DNA of 64,000 bases from Octopus sinensis (taxonomy: Eukaryota), in contig NC_043024.1 in NCBI RefSeq assembly GCF_006345805.1, forward strand, positions 1,674,001-1,738,000. The letters are read 5' to 3'. Positions 48,718-60,255 of this stretch are shown here, in pieces. Numbering within the stretch: the stretch's first letter is position 1; every line of letters begins with the position of its first letter. Under the pieces are notes generated by a model. The model searched no databases, was not told where the DNA came from, and saw nothing but the letters and a program-made list of their open reading frames with translations. Both the position numbers and the translations under genes were made by a program.

Positions 48718-49983
48718 GGCCATGTGCCTTAAAAAAGTTAGGGAACTTTTTTAAACAATTGTCCCAAAATATATTTATTTATGCCGACGCTACCCTTTTG
48801 ATGTGAAAGGAAGAAAATCACAGATTTTTTGAATTCAAAAGGCTTATTGAATCTATTTGCACGTCCATTACACTGGACAGATGCAATGTGGCCAGAAGGA
48901 AAATATCTGTCAAAACAAGGAACATATTTTTTATATAATTTTACTTATGTCTAACGAGTCCTCGTTACCCACAAGAATTTCATTTTTATCCTAGTTAGAG
49001 TAATTTACCCCGGTTCACTGACCTCTGGTCTAACATGTAAGACTTTGTAATTCCTATTAGGAAATGAAACACATGTAATGGTAAATAAATAATACAAACA
49101 ATTTCCAATTTCCTGTTTGAGTATGAATATGAAGGTGCATGGCTCAGTGGTTAGAGCATTGGGCTCACTATCATGAGGTAGTGAGTTCAATTCCTGGACC
49201 GGGCTGTGTTGTGTTCTTGAGCAAGACACTTTATTTCACATTGCTCCTGTTCACTAAGCTGTAGAAATGAGTTGTGGCAATGTCACTGGAGCCAAGCTGT
49301 ATCAACATTTTCTTTTTCCCTTGGGTAACATCAGTGGTATGTAGAGGAGAGGCTGGCATGCATGAGCAATGTCTCCCATAAACAACCTTGCCCAGACTCA
49401 TGCCTCAAAGGTGAACTCTCAGGGTGCAATCCCGTGGTCATTCACGACCCCTTGCACTTCTTTTTTTGAGAATGAGTAAAGTGGATACATGGCTCCCCCA
49501 GTTAGAAAGAGGCAGAAGAGAAAAGAAAAAGAGAGGAAAGATGGCGAAGCAGATGTGTTGGGGTGCACACTCAAGGTGGAAGGAAGTATGTAGAAGTAGT
49601 AGAGAAGATTGGGTAGGACGAGTGGGCAAGAAATAATTCAGAGTACCCTGTGAAATGTATGTGAACAACATAGATAATACAGGTATATCAAATACCATAC
49701 AACATAATCATCATCATTATTTTAACGTCTGTTGTCCATGCTGGCATGGGTTGGACGGTGTAACCAGAGCTGGCAAGCTGGTTGGGGGAGGTACCAGGCT
49801 CCAGTCTACTTTGGCATGGTTCCTACAGCTGGATGTCCTTCTTAATGCCAACCGTTTTGCAGAGGATGCTGGATGATTTTATGTGGTACCACTCAGGAGC
49901 TTTTGCATAGCACTGCACGGACACTTTTATGTGACACCATACAGACGCTGTTACGTGACATTGCACAGGCATTGTTACATACC

Positions 49984-50218
49984 TATTTCTTTACTACCCA
50001 CAAGGGGCTAAACACTGAGAGGACAAACAAGGACAGACAGATGGATTAAGTTGATTATATTGACTTCAGTGCATAACTGGTACTTATTTAATCGACCCCG
50101 AAAGAATGAAAGGCAAAATCAACCTCGGCGGAATTTGAACTCACAACGTAACGGCAGACGAAATACGGCTACACATTTCGCCCAGTGTGCTAACGGTTCT
50201 GCCAACTCGCCGTCTTCC
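49984..50218 (-). mobile_element. SINE family B with a 13-bp TSD
   Basis: ATTGTTACATACC at 49971-49983 and 50219-50231. Confidence 0.88.
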
Positions 50219-52239
50219 ATTGTTACATACCACCACACGGGCAGTTTTATATGGCACCGCACAGACGTTCTTACGTGGCTCCACAAAGGTGCTTTTACAT
50301 GGTGTTCTTATATGGCACTACATAAGCGCTTTCACGTGGCACCACCATGGATGGCGTGCTTCTCAAACTATCTGATGTGGCATACCGGCAGATTTTTCTT
50401 TCTTTTTCCAATGTGCCAGGTATCGGTAATATTTCTTAGTAATATTAATTTATACCAGAAACAATAATGAACATTTTTTTAATCTTATATTTATTTTGTA
50501 AGCAAATAATACAATATTACAAAAGCATTTTATAAGCATTTTCTTTCTTTTCTGGAAACTTGCTGCGTACTGGCACCTGATGGCTCGCAGATCAGTGCTA
50601 GTCCGTGGATCACGACTTTGAGTAGCACTGCTTTACACCACCCGAAAGATCAGTCTTTATGCTTTTACTGCAGGGTACAGGTCTCCTTGAGTAGAGCCAG
50701 GCACCAGGTATCTTAGTCGTTTTTTATCACACCTGAAAGGTTCAGCAACCTGGTGCCATTCTTTCAGTACTTCAACCCATTTTTTCCTGGGTCTCCCACT
50801 TTCATGCTTTCCATCCGCTCTGAGAGATCGGCACACAAAATAAACGACTGATTTCTTAAAATGTCTTTGCCTTTAGAGGATGTGCCATAATTACCAAACG
50901 GCATCTGAGACTACTGCTACATGAAAAAGGGAGATAATCCCAAGAATTAAATAAAAGAATTCTCCAAAGCTGACATGGCACTAAGGAAAAGGACAAGCTT
51001 ATTTTCTGGAGGTTACAGTAGAGTTGCGGACACATGTTTCTACCTCAATCAGTGTCTCAGCACGACAATCACCCTAAGCTATTTCCATCAGCCAAAGGGC
51101 AGAGACTTTCTGAATATTATGCACCGTGAATGTGTTCTGCAACCAAGAAACTTCAAGTAATGTGGAGTTGAGTTGCCGATATTAAATACATATGGCTCCA
51201 GCAAAATGTGTTGGGGGCTACTTTCTTCCCTTTGTTCACACACTCCTACTCTTTTACTTGTTTCAGTCATTTGACTGTGGCCATGCTGGAGTACCGCGTT
51301 TAATCGAGCAACTCGACCCCGGGACTTACTCTTTGTAAGCCCAGTACTTATTCTATCTGTCTCTTTTTGCCGAACCGCTAAGTGACGGGGACGTAAACAC
51401 ACAGCATCGGTTGTCAAGCAATGCTAGGGGGACAAACACATATATACATATATACGACAGGCTTCTTTCAGTTTCCGTCTACCAAATCCACTCACAAGGC
51501 ATTGGTTGGCCCGGGGCTATAGCAGAAGACACTTGCCCAAGATTCCATGCAGTGGGACTGAACTCCTGTGTATCATCATCATCATCATCATCACCATTCG
51601 AGTGTGATCGTCGCCAGCCTCGCCTTACTGGCACTTGAGCCCTGTGCTAGTAGGGTATTAAGAGCACTATCCAAGCGCGATCGTTGCCAGAGCGGCTAAC
51701 TTGCTTCCGTGCCAGTGGCACATAAAATACCACCACTCGAGCGTGATCGTTACCAGCGTCGCCTTACTGGCACCTATGACGGTGGCATGTGTAAAAATAT
51801 TCGAGCGAGGTCATTCCCAGTACCGCCTAACTGGCCCTCGTTCCGGTGGTACGTAAAAGCACCCACTACAGTCTTAGAGTGGTTGGCGTTAGGAAGGGCA
51901 TCCAGTTGTAGAAACTTTGACAGATCAAGATTGAAGCCTGGTTCAGCCATCTGGTTCGCCAGCCCTCAGTCAAATCGTCCAACCCATGCTAGCATGGAAA
52001 GCGGACATTTAAACGATGATGATGATGATACACATATACATATAAGATGAATGACCACTAGGCTGTTTTATAGCCTGTCTCTTATGGTTTCACAGCAGGA
52101 GTTACGGAAATTAAAAACATTCAGTTCCTATCAAATAGAGTTAATAACAGTCGCCGATACTAAGTTTTCTTAAGACTAATTTATGGGGAATTTTAGTCAA
52201 TACAGTCGCCATGTTCCTAAACATTAATTATACTGACAG

Positions 52240-52450
52240 AAACGAGTTTTCAAAGCCGCAGTTTCGTACTGGCAATTTCCGTTACGCGCGCGAATTGCTG
52301 AAATATAGTGTCTAAAAATAAATACAGCGCGGAACCGACTTCCGGACTCCAGAAATCCGGAAGTTCCAGAAATCCGTGTATACTGTACAACGCTCTGCAA
52401 TGTACTCTTCTGCCCTTTTTATTGAATAAACGGAATCTGTTTTCGAAGTT
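52240..52450. promoter_or_regulatory. CpG-rich promoter-like island with an inverted pair of ETS motifs
   Basis: ACTTCCGG (52338-52345), CCGGAAGT (52357-52364), GCGCGCG, and locally high CpG in non-repetitive sequence. Confidence 0.45.
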
Positions 52451-52652
52451 GGTTAGTTTCCACTCCTTTTATATTTCATCTAGTCGGATTAATCGATAGG
52501 GGTTCCTCTTCTTTTTTTGTTTAGTCTGGTAGTTATTTAATCGTCTCCTCTTACCGAATCGCTAAGTTGCAAGGACGTAAACACACCAACACCGGTTGCC
52601 AAGCGGTAGCGGTGAACAAAAACAGACACAAAGTCACACATATGCGGTATAG

Positions 52653-52950
52653 AGACCAGACATTGTATTCGCATCACTTGCATCAAAACAAGTGATTCTG
52701 TTTGAACCCGTTGTGCCATATGAAAACAGAATGGAGAAAGCCCATTCTAGATATAAGAGTGAAAAATACGACAGTTTAGCCATGAGATTGAGAGAATCTG
52801 ACTTCCAAACCAAAGTCCAAAGAGATGGGCGTGAGAAGGTCTGTGGGCGAATCTGCCCCTGATCTCACGAAATGGTTCTCAGTTTCTGCGAGAAAGAGAG
52901 TCAGAGCTTTTCTGGCAATGACGGAAGCAGCTGAGAAGAGTTCCAAGTAT
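52653..52950 (+). mobile_element. HERO-like (R2 superfamily) non-LTR retrotransposon fragment, restriction-like endonuclease domain, frameshifted
   Basis: RPDIVFASLASKQVILFEPVVPYENRMEKAHSRYKSEKYDSLA, then after frameshifts EMGVRRSVGES and AMTEAAEKSSK. Resembles HERO RLE RPDIV...IELTVPWEE..EEAHERK..KY...EVGCRG...AEAAEKSS (recalled from memory). Confidence 0.72.
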
Positions 52951-53075
52951 AATGGGGGGGGGGGGGGGCTGAGAAGTTCCTGGCTTTGAGTAAAAGAAAA
53001 TACAAGAGGATCAGTTAACTATGATTTTATTCAACATATTTCCCTCTCAGATTCACACACACGTTTTCTAAGCCC
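52951..53075 (-). mobile_element. Truncated mariner MITE interrupting the HERO-like fragment
   Basis: GGGGCTGAGAAGTTCCTGGCTTTGAGTAAAAG matches the TIR end of the family at 11089. Confidence 0.65.
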
Positions 53076-53334
53076 TCAGTCGACTGCAGCTATGTTGAGG
53101 GGCACCGCCTAGAAATGTTTAAGTCAAACAAATCAACCCGAATATTTTTTTTAAAGCCTGGTACTTATGCTATCAGTATCGTTTTACTGAACCGCTAGGT
53201 CACATAACTGTAAACCAACCAACTCAGATGGTTAGGCCACCAACCAGGCCATACATGACACTCTCCTCAGAGTTTTATCTTGGCTACCGAGTAACTGTCA
53301 CATTATTTTTACAGATATATATATAATATATATA

Positions 53335-53555
53335 TATTTCTTTACTGCCCACAAGGGGCTAAACATAGAGGGGACAAACAAGGACAAAGGAATCACAATG
53401 ACCCCAGTTGCAAAACTGGTACTTTATTTATCGACCCCGAAAGGATGAAAGGCAAAGTCGACCTCGGCGGAATTTAAACTCAGAACATAACGACAGACGA
53501 AATACCGCTAAACATTTCGCCCGGCGCGCTAACGTTTTTGCCAGCTCGCCACCTA
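53335..53555 (-). mobile_element. SINE family B
   Basis: Full-length reverse-complement copy between (TA)n tracts. Confidence 0.85.
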
Positions 53556-54207
53556 TAATATATATATATATATATGTATTATAAGTGTCTGGAACGTGCC
53601 GGATATTTCAGTCCGGTTCTGTACTTGCAAAAGTTATCTTCCCTTGTTAATTTCCGAAAAAAAATTTTTAATATTTCACTTAAGCTGGCGTGTAATCTCG
53701 AACTTCCGAGATTTCAGTTCATGATGAAACAACAACCTTTACTAATTATATCATTATAATTTACGGTTTTATAAACACGTGAGGTACACACCCTTCTCCA
53801 TGCACGTATACGTGTTTAATATCTACCCGTCCGTCTACCCGAGCAAGTTTCTTATTTGACTTACACGTCGAGAAGATTTGAGCGGTAAAACGAAAAGCCG
53901 GATCGGAAATGACGAAACGTACTTATTTTCCGTTTATATTCGCCGCTTAGTACGGAATATATGTTATACCCTGCTTCTTGCGAGGATGCATAGGATTGTG
54001 GTTAGGGTGTTGCTCTCACGATTGCTAGAACGCAGTTTCGATTCCCAGACCGGCGGTACATTATTTTTCTGGAGCGAAGCACTTCGTTTCATGTTCGTTG
54101 CTCTGCGATCACTCTGACATCTGACGTGGCAAACCGTCAGTCAACCTGTCGATTTGACGGAGGCAACGAGCTGATACAAACTTTTGAACAATATAAAAAA
54201 GCCATTG

Positions 54208-54625
54208 AAGGCAGGGAGCTGGCAGAAACGTTAGCACGCCGGGCGAAATGCTTAGCGGTATTTCGGCTGCCGTTACGTTCTGAGTTCAAATTCCGCCGAG
54301 GTCGACTTTGCCTTTCATCCTTTCGGGGTCGATAAATTAAGTACCAGTTACGCACTGGGGTCGATGTAATCGACTTAATCCCTTTGTCTGTCTTTGTTTG
54401 TCCCCTCTGTGTTTAGCTCCTTGTTGGTAATAAAGAAATACGTATTTCGTCTGCCGTTATGTTCTGAGTTCAAATTCCGTCGAGGTCGACTTTGCCTTTC
54501 GTCCTTTCGGGGTCGATAAATTAAGTACCAGTTACGCACTGGGGTCGTTATAATCGACTTAATCCCTTTGTCTGTCCTTGTTTGTCCCCTCTGTGTTTAG
54601 CCCCTTGTGGGCAATAAAGAAATAA
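54208..54625 (+). mobile_element. SINE family B head-to-tail dimer
   Basis: Full copy followed by a 5'-truncated copy starting at GTATTTCGTCTGCC (54442). Confidence 0.88.
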
Positions 54626-54953
54626 TATAAACAAACCATTTCGCAGGTTGTTCAGCAAGGAATCGTAGGACCCTCACGAGTCGTCTACGGCAGGAAAGTT
54701 CATCTTCTTGCTACTAATACAAGCAGTAAACTGGGCACATCGACACAAATGCGCACCCCACCCCTCCCTGCATTTTGTTTCCTCATAACTTCCAGAAAAA
54801 GGGATGTTTTTCAATGAAATTTTCTACAGATATGCTTCAGATAGTGTAGATTCTGTTTATATAGGAATTTGTTGTAAAAGAAAAATTCTGGAAGTGGGAT
54901 GGGGAGAGGAGTTTCAGAAAATTCACACGTTCGACTTTGTTTCCTCATAACAT

Positions 54954-55002
54954 CCAGGAAAATTGTCATTTTAACTTTAAGTTAAAATGACAATTTCCCT
55001 GG
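54954..55002. repeat. Near-perfect 49-bp palindrome
   Basis: CCAGGAAAATTGTCATTTTAACTT-T-AAGTTAAAATGACAATTTCCCTGG, 1 mismatch. Confidence 0.9.
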
Positions 55003-55574
55003 AAGTTAAGTGGAATTGCAAGAGGGTCTGTCATGAGTTTAAGGACCCGTAAGGGTGAAGATATTGAGAAATAGAAGCCAAACAGAAAAGCTCTCACATT
55101 CCTGCTCAAATTCACGGTGCTTTATCTTGAGTTTCTTTAAATGGGAAAAATAGTTTTGGTTTACAAACATTTCAGTGACAAACGGCTTTCAGGAAAGAAA
55201 GAAATTCATAAATTGTAGTTGTATTTTAAAGAGAATAATTGCTGAGTAAGTGAGAGACTCTATAAAAGCAATTAGACAAAAACTTATTTCTGATAATGAG
55301 ATTGCTTTCCAAGGAGATGTTGTTGTTGTTGTTGTACATGAAGTGCTGCAATAAATTTACATAAATGATTTCTATGATGACATCCATTGTGGAAGTACAG
55401 CAACTAAAAATCGACTGTGGTTTGAAGCAGGGTGGCCTGAATAGTAGTAGTAGTAAATTTGAAATAATGTTTGAGGAGTGAATGAAATTTATTTCACTTC
55501 TTCTGCTTCATGCTGTGTGGGGCATGCATTATGTATAAGCACATATGTATGTATGTGTGGGTGTATGTATGTAT

Positions 55575-55975
55575 CATCATCATCATCATCATTGTTCAAT
55601 GTCTGCTTTCCATGTTGGCATGGGTTGGACGGTTTGACTGAAGACTCGCAAGCCAGAAAGCTGCATCAGGCTCCAGTCTGATCTGGCAAAGTTCCTACTC
55701 TGAGAGTATAGTGGGTGCTTGTACATGTCACCGGCACGAGGGCCAGTCAGGTGGTACTGGCAACGACTATGTTCAAAAGGTGTTTTTTACGTGCCACCTG
55801 CATGGGATCCAGTCCGGCAGTGCTGGCAACGACCATGCCTGAATGTTGTTTTTCACATGCCACCGGCACATGTGCCAGTAAGGCGACGCTGGCAACGATC
55901 ATGCTTGAATGGTGCTTTTTACGTGCCACTGGCACAGGAGCCAGTCAGCAGCCCTGGCAACAATCACGCTTTGTG
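55575..55975 (-). mobile_element. Family C retroposon
   Basis: (CAT)n then reverse-complement 3' part, and four ~64-bp modules. Confidence 0.82.
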
Positions 55976-56368
55976 GTTCACTACCTCAACAGCTCCTGTA
56001 TACGATCCAGTGGCTAAGGACATCATCAGGAGAAACCATGTCCAGTTTTGGCCCCTACTTCTCTACCATTTTCAACGTGGCAGGGCCCCCACTTTCAGAG
56101 GTGTCTTCAGCTCCGGTGATGAGTATGTTTTTTTTTCTTTGTTTTTCTTTGTTCTTTGTTTTCTTTGATGCAGCATCAATGAATGTCAGTGGGCGAATGA
56201 CCACCCTGGCAAATTTCCCTTTAAATATGCTGTAGTACAAAACACTTGTACTATAGAGCCCGAGGTAGTTTTAGCCAGGTTGGCATTGAAAGGGTTAAAC
56301 TCAATTTTTGTGGCACCCACCTAAGTGGTGAGTGAGGTATCATTAATTAATTAACTTGACATGGACAA

Positions 56369-56883
56369 TCTATATATATAAAACTGTAGTTGTGTGAGTG
56401 TCTGTCCCCTTCGATTTAGATTCCTAACTCCTCCCACATTTTGCGGTGCAGTTTAACCAAATTCGGGTATCTTATAGTGGTGATTCATATCGAGCCCGTC
56501 TGGCTATTAGCGCGCGTCTACGATGAGTCTACGATTTAAAAAATAATTTAACATCATTTTTTATTCCATTTTAATGCATAATTTTTCGTGTGTCGATGGC
56601 GACGGAGTTGGCGTCCACGCTCACAGCTGCACCTGTGTTTGCTTCTCCCCCTTCTTCCCTCCCTCGTGAAGCTGTGGGGAAGGGAGTGTAAGGAAATCAA
56701 TGTCGTAAAGCGTTGTCAAGGAGACCAGCCTTCTTTTAGAACAACGACTTCATGGCTTGAAGACACCAAAACAGAAATGGCTAAGAAAGCCCGAATTGGC
56801 ATCTATAAGGGAAGTAACTCTCTAAAAATGCTTATATAGTTATTTCCCTTACAAACCCGAGCAACGCCGGGCAATACTGCTAG
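56369..56883 (+). mobile_element. Non-autonomous Helitron (515 bp)
   Basis: 5' TC (TCTATATATATAAAA), 3' CTAG, subterminal hairpin CCCGAGCAACGCCGGG, inserted between A and T with no TSD. Confidence 0.88.
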
Positions 56884-57602
56884 TCATTTATAAATTTTAA
56901 TATGAAAATGGATTGCATAAGCTTCTCACAGTTAATTGATTAAAAAATTAATTAAGACAAAAGGAAATAGTTTACTTTATATATTGCAATTTAACGACTT
57001 TTCTCTGCTTGATGAGATCTCATTTTATTTTAATTACTTGTTTAAGATGTTTAACATTATTAATACTGTGTGGTTAGGGAGCTTGCTTCCCAACCACATG
57101 GTTTCGGGTTCAGTCCCACTGTGTGGCATTTTAGGTGGGTGTCTTCCACTATAGCCCCGAGCCGACCGAAGCTTTCTGAATGAATTCGGTAGGTGGAAGT
57201 CACTGCCGTGTGTGTATGTGTGCGTATAGCTGCTCAGTGCCTCTCCGAAAGAGAGAGAGGGATAGGTAAGATTTTGTGTGTTAATTATGTTAGCTCCCCA
57301 TCCCCTTAGACATGGGCAGCCCCCGCTTGGGAGCAGCACTACCCACTTTGAGAACATCTGCATTAGGTCGTTCACCTTCACTTTGTGTGAAAGCTGGAAG
57401 TTCAATGTTATATGACCACTTTTAGCTGTTGTGTCAATACAACAACTTAAATGAAATGAATAAAAGTATAACTGGATTAAGGGATTAAGAAATAATCTCA
57501 GATAATCATAACCCAGATATATGAACTGTGAAATTCATGTTTGTTTCAAACATTGACAGTCATTGATGAAAGATGTGTGGTGTATGGTATATGGGTATAT
57601 AC

Positions 57603-57811
57603 TCTTTACTCTTTTACTTGTTTCAGTCATTTGACTGCAGCCATGCTGGAGCACTGCCTTGTTAGTCTAGCAAATCGACCCCAGGACTTATTCTTGTAAG
57701 CCTAGTACTTATTCTATCGGTCTCTTTTGCCGAACCGCTAAGTAACGGGGACGTAAACACACCAGCATCGTTTGTCAATCGATGTTGGGGGGGACAAACA
57801 CAGACACACAA

Positions 57812-57844
<33 letters not shown>

Positions 57845-57978
57845 CGACGGGCTTCTTTCAGTTTCCATCTACCAAATCCACTCACAAGGCTTTGGTCGGC
57901 CCGAGGCTATAGTAGAAGACACTTGTCCAAAGTGCCACGCAGTGGGACTGAACTCAGAACCGTGTGGTTGGTAAGCAA
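57603..57978 (-). mobile_element. SINE family A
   Basis: Reverse-complement copy. Confidence 0.85.
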
Positions 57979-58616
57979 GCTACTTACCACACAGCCACAA
58001 TGTTTGCTGTTACAAAAGGGCCATTCTTCTTGTTAATGCTGTTGTTGTTGTTAAGGGGGTGAGGTGACAGAATCGTTAGCATGCTGGGCAAAATGCCAAG
58101 CAGCAATTCATGTCTTCATATTCTGAGTTCAAATTCAGCCAAGGTCGACTTTGCCTTTCATCCTTTCAGCTTCTGTCTATTAAATCCACTCAAGAGGCCT
58201 TGGTCGACCCAAGGCTATAGAAGACACTTGCCCAAGGTGCCATGCAGTGGGACTGAACCCAGGACCATTTCTTATAACACAGCCATGCCTGTGCCTTTTA
58301 CTTATTTCAGCCATTTCACTGTAGTCATGCTGGAGCAATGGTCCTTATCCTATCGGTCTATTTTGCCGAACCGCTAAGTTATGGGAACGTAAACACACCA
58401 TCATCGGTTGTCGGGCACAGACACAACACACAAATATATACATACGATGGGCTTCTTTCAGTTTCCATCTACCAAATCCATTCACAAAGCTTTGGCAAGC
58501 CCGAAGCTATGGGAGAAGACACTTGCCCAAGGTGTCACACAGTGGGACTGAACCTGGAACCATGTGGTTGGGAAGCAAGCTTCTTACCACACAACCACAC
58601 CTACATTACATATATA

Positions 58617-58676
<60 letters not shown>

Positions 58677-59004
58677 TTGTCCTCGCTCGCTTGACAAGTG
58701 TGGTGTTGGTTTGTTTACGTCCCGTAACTTAGCAGCTCGGTTATAGAGACTGATAGAATAAGTATCAGGCTTTAATATTATATTAAAGACTGAGGTCGAT
58801 TATTCGGCTAAAACCCCTGAAGGTGATGCCCCGGTGTGGCCGCAGTCCAATGAACGAAACAAGACAAAACAATAACACCTCCCCCACAATCTGCCGCCCG
58901 GATTATTTGCCTCCTTACATTTCTGAGATGCTTTGCTGTGGTCCGCTTTAACACTTAAAACTGGCAAAATTTTAATATGAATAAATTTTCTTCTATTTCA
59001 TTTA

Positions 59005-59450
59005 TGGATCTTTTCGGTTTGAACGGCAGTTTTTCCTAGCGGTGTCATATGAAATTGTCACCCATAATCATGACCCTAGTATCTATCTATTGCATTTCAA
59101 TCTCATTTAGGGTTAGTGTTAGTTAGGGTTATGGTTAGGGGTGGGGGGAAGGGTATCTTTTTTTTTCTTCACAAATGTAAATAGACCCAATCTGTTTCTT
59201 AAACGAGGGACATATTCATACGGCACAGAATGTTTTTTTTTTTACCTCAATAGACGTCATTGATTGGTTGAAATTGCAGAAATTGAAGAAAAAAAAAACA
59301 AGAAATATCTTACAAACTATAGAATTTTCTCAATAAAGCCAAGAGAAAAAGATGTTTTATAAACACATTCTACCAATATACGAAGTTTAAAAGTGTTTAG
59401 TTACGTGGAAATTATTTTCAAAAAACTGCCGTTCAAACCGAAAAGATCCA
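59005..59450. mobile_element. Non-autonomous TIR element with a perfect 30-bp TIR and internal TTAGGG-like repeats
   Basis: TGGATCTTTTCGGTTTGAACGGCAGTTTTT (59005-59034) is the exact reverse complement of 59421-59450. Confidence 0.8.
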
Positions 59451-59554
59451 AAGCATTATAATTATTTTTTACTTCATTTGTAAGATTATTGCTTCTTTTA
59501 AATATTCGTGTTTCAAAAGTTTGAATTTTCTGCGGAACAAAAGGTAAAAAAAAA

Positions 59555-59680
59555 AAAGGCGGAAGTTGAAACTAAAATAGCGGAAATGCTCTTATAACTA
59601 TGACAACGAGTGGCGTCCAGTATGGCTCCGTGAGCTGAAAGATTTGATTTACCTTATTCGCACCTGCTATAATGTTCTAG
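59555..59680 (+). promoter_or_regulatory. Candidate BBS9 promoter and non-coding exon 1
   Basis: CGGAAGT (59560-59566), X-box-like ATAACTATGACAAC (59594-59607) and donor TAG|GTAGGT at 59680/59681. The first coding exon has an upstream acceptor, so a 5' exon is required. Confidence 0.55.
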
Positions 59681-59735
59681 GTAGGTTTCCACGAATCGGG
59701 TATAAGATATGAATACGCATACACTTATACACATG

Positions 59736-59803
<68 letters not shown>

Positions 59804-59864
59804 ATATATATATATGCGTACATATATATATATATATATATACATAAATGTGCGTATATACGTG

Positions 59865-59912
<48 letters not shown>

Positions 59913-60203
59913 GTATATATATTGGCTTAAAAAGGATTTAGATAATCCTATCAGGTGGTGCTATTAAGTTAGACATTGCCTGGACCAATCTTTGTTCGAA
60001 ACACATCTATGTTTTATCTAAGTGTTATATATATATACGTGTGTGTGTGTGTATAATATATATACATACGTATATATTATATGTATATCTATCTATCTAT
60101 CTACACATTTACATACATTCGTATATCTATTATATATATATATATATATACACACACGTATATACGCACATTTACGTATCTATAAACATTTATACACACA
60201 CAC

Positions 60204-60255
<52 letters not shown>

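Noticed and set aside
49024-49054. Apparent 31-nt minus-strand exon (RNYKVLHVRPE) with AG/GT ends
   Set aside because: It is one arm of the 48099/49028 inverted repeat, and no gene context was found.
50755-50910. Short minus-strand ORF after a CTCAG acceptor
   Set aside because: An alternative frame reads GRPRKKWVEVLKE, typical of a decayed LINE 3' end; too short to call further.
55365-55480. IDCGLKQGG peptide resembling the RT GxKQG motif
   Set aside because: A single short motif with no flanking RT sequence; not supportable.
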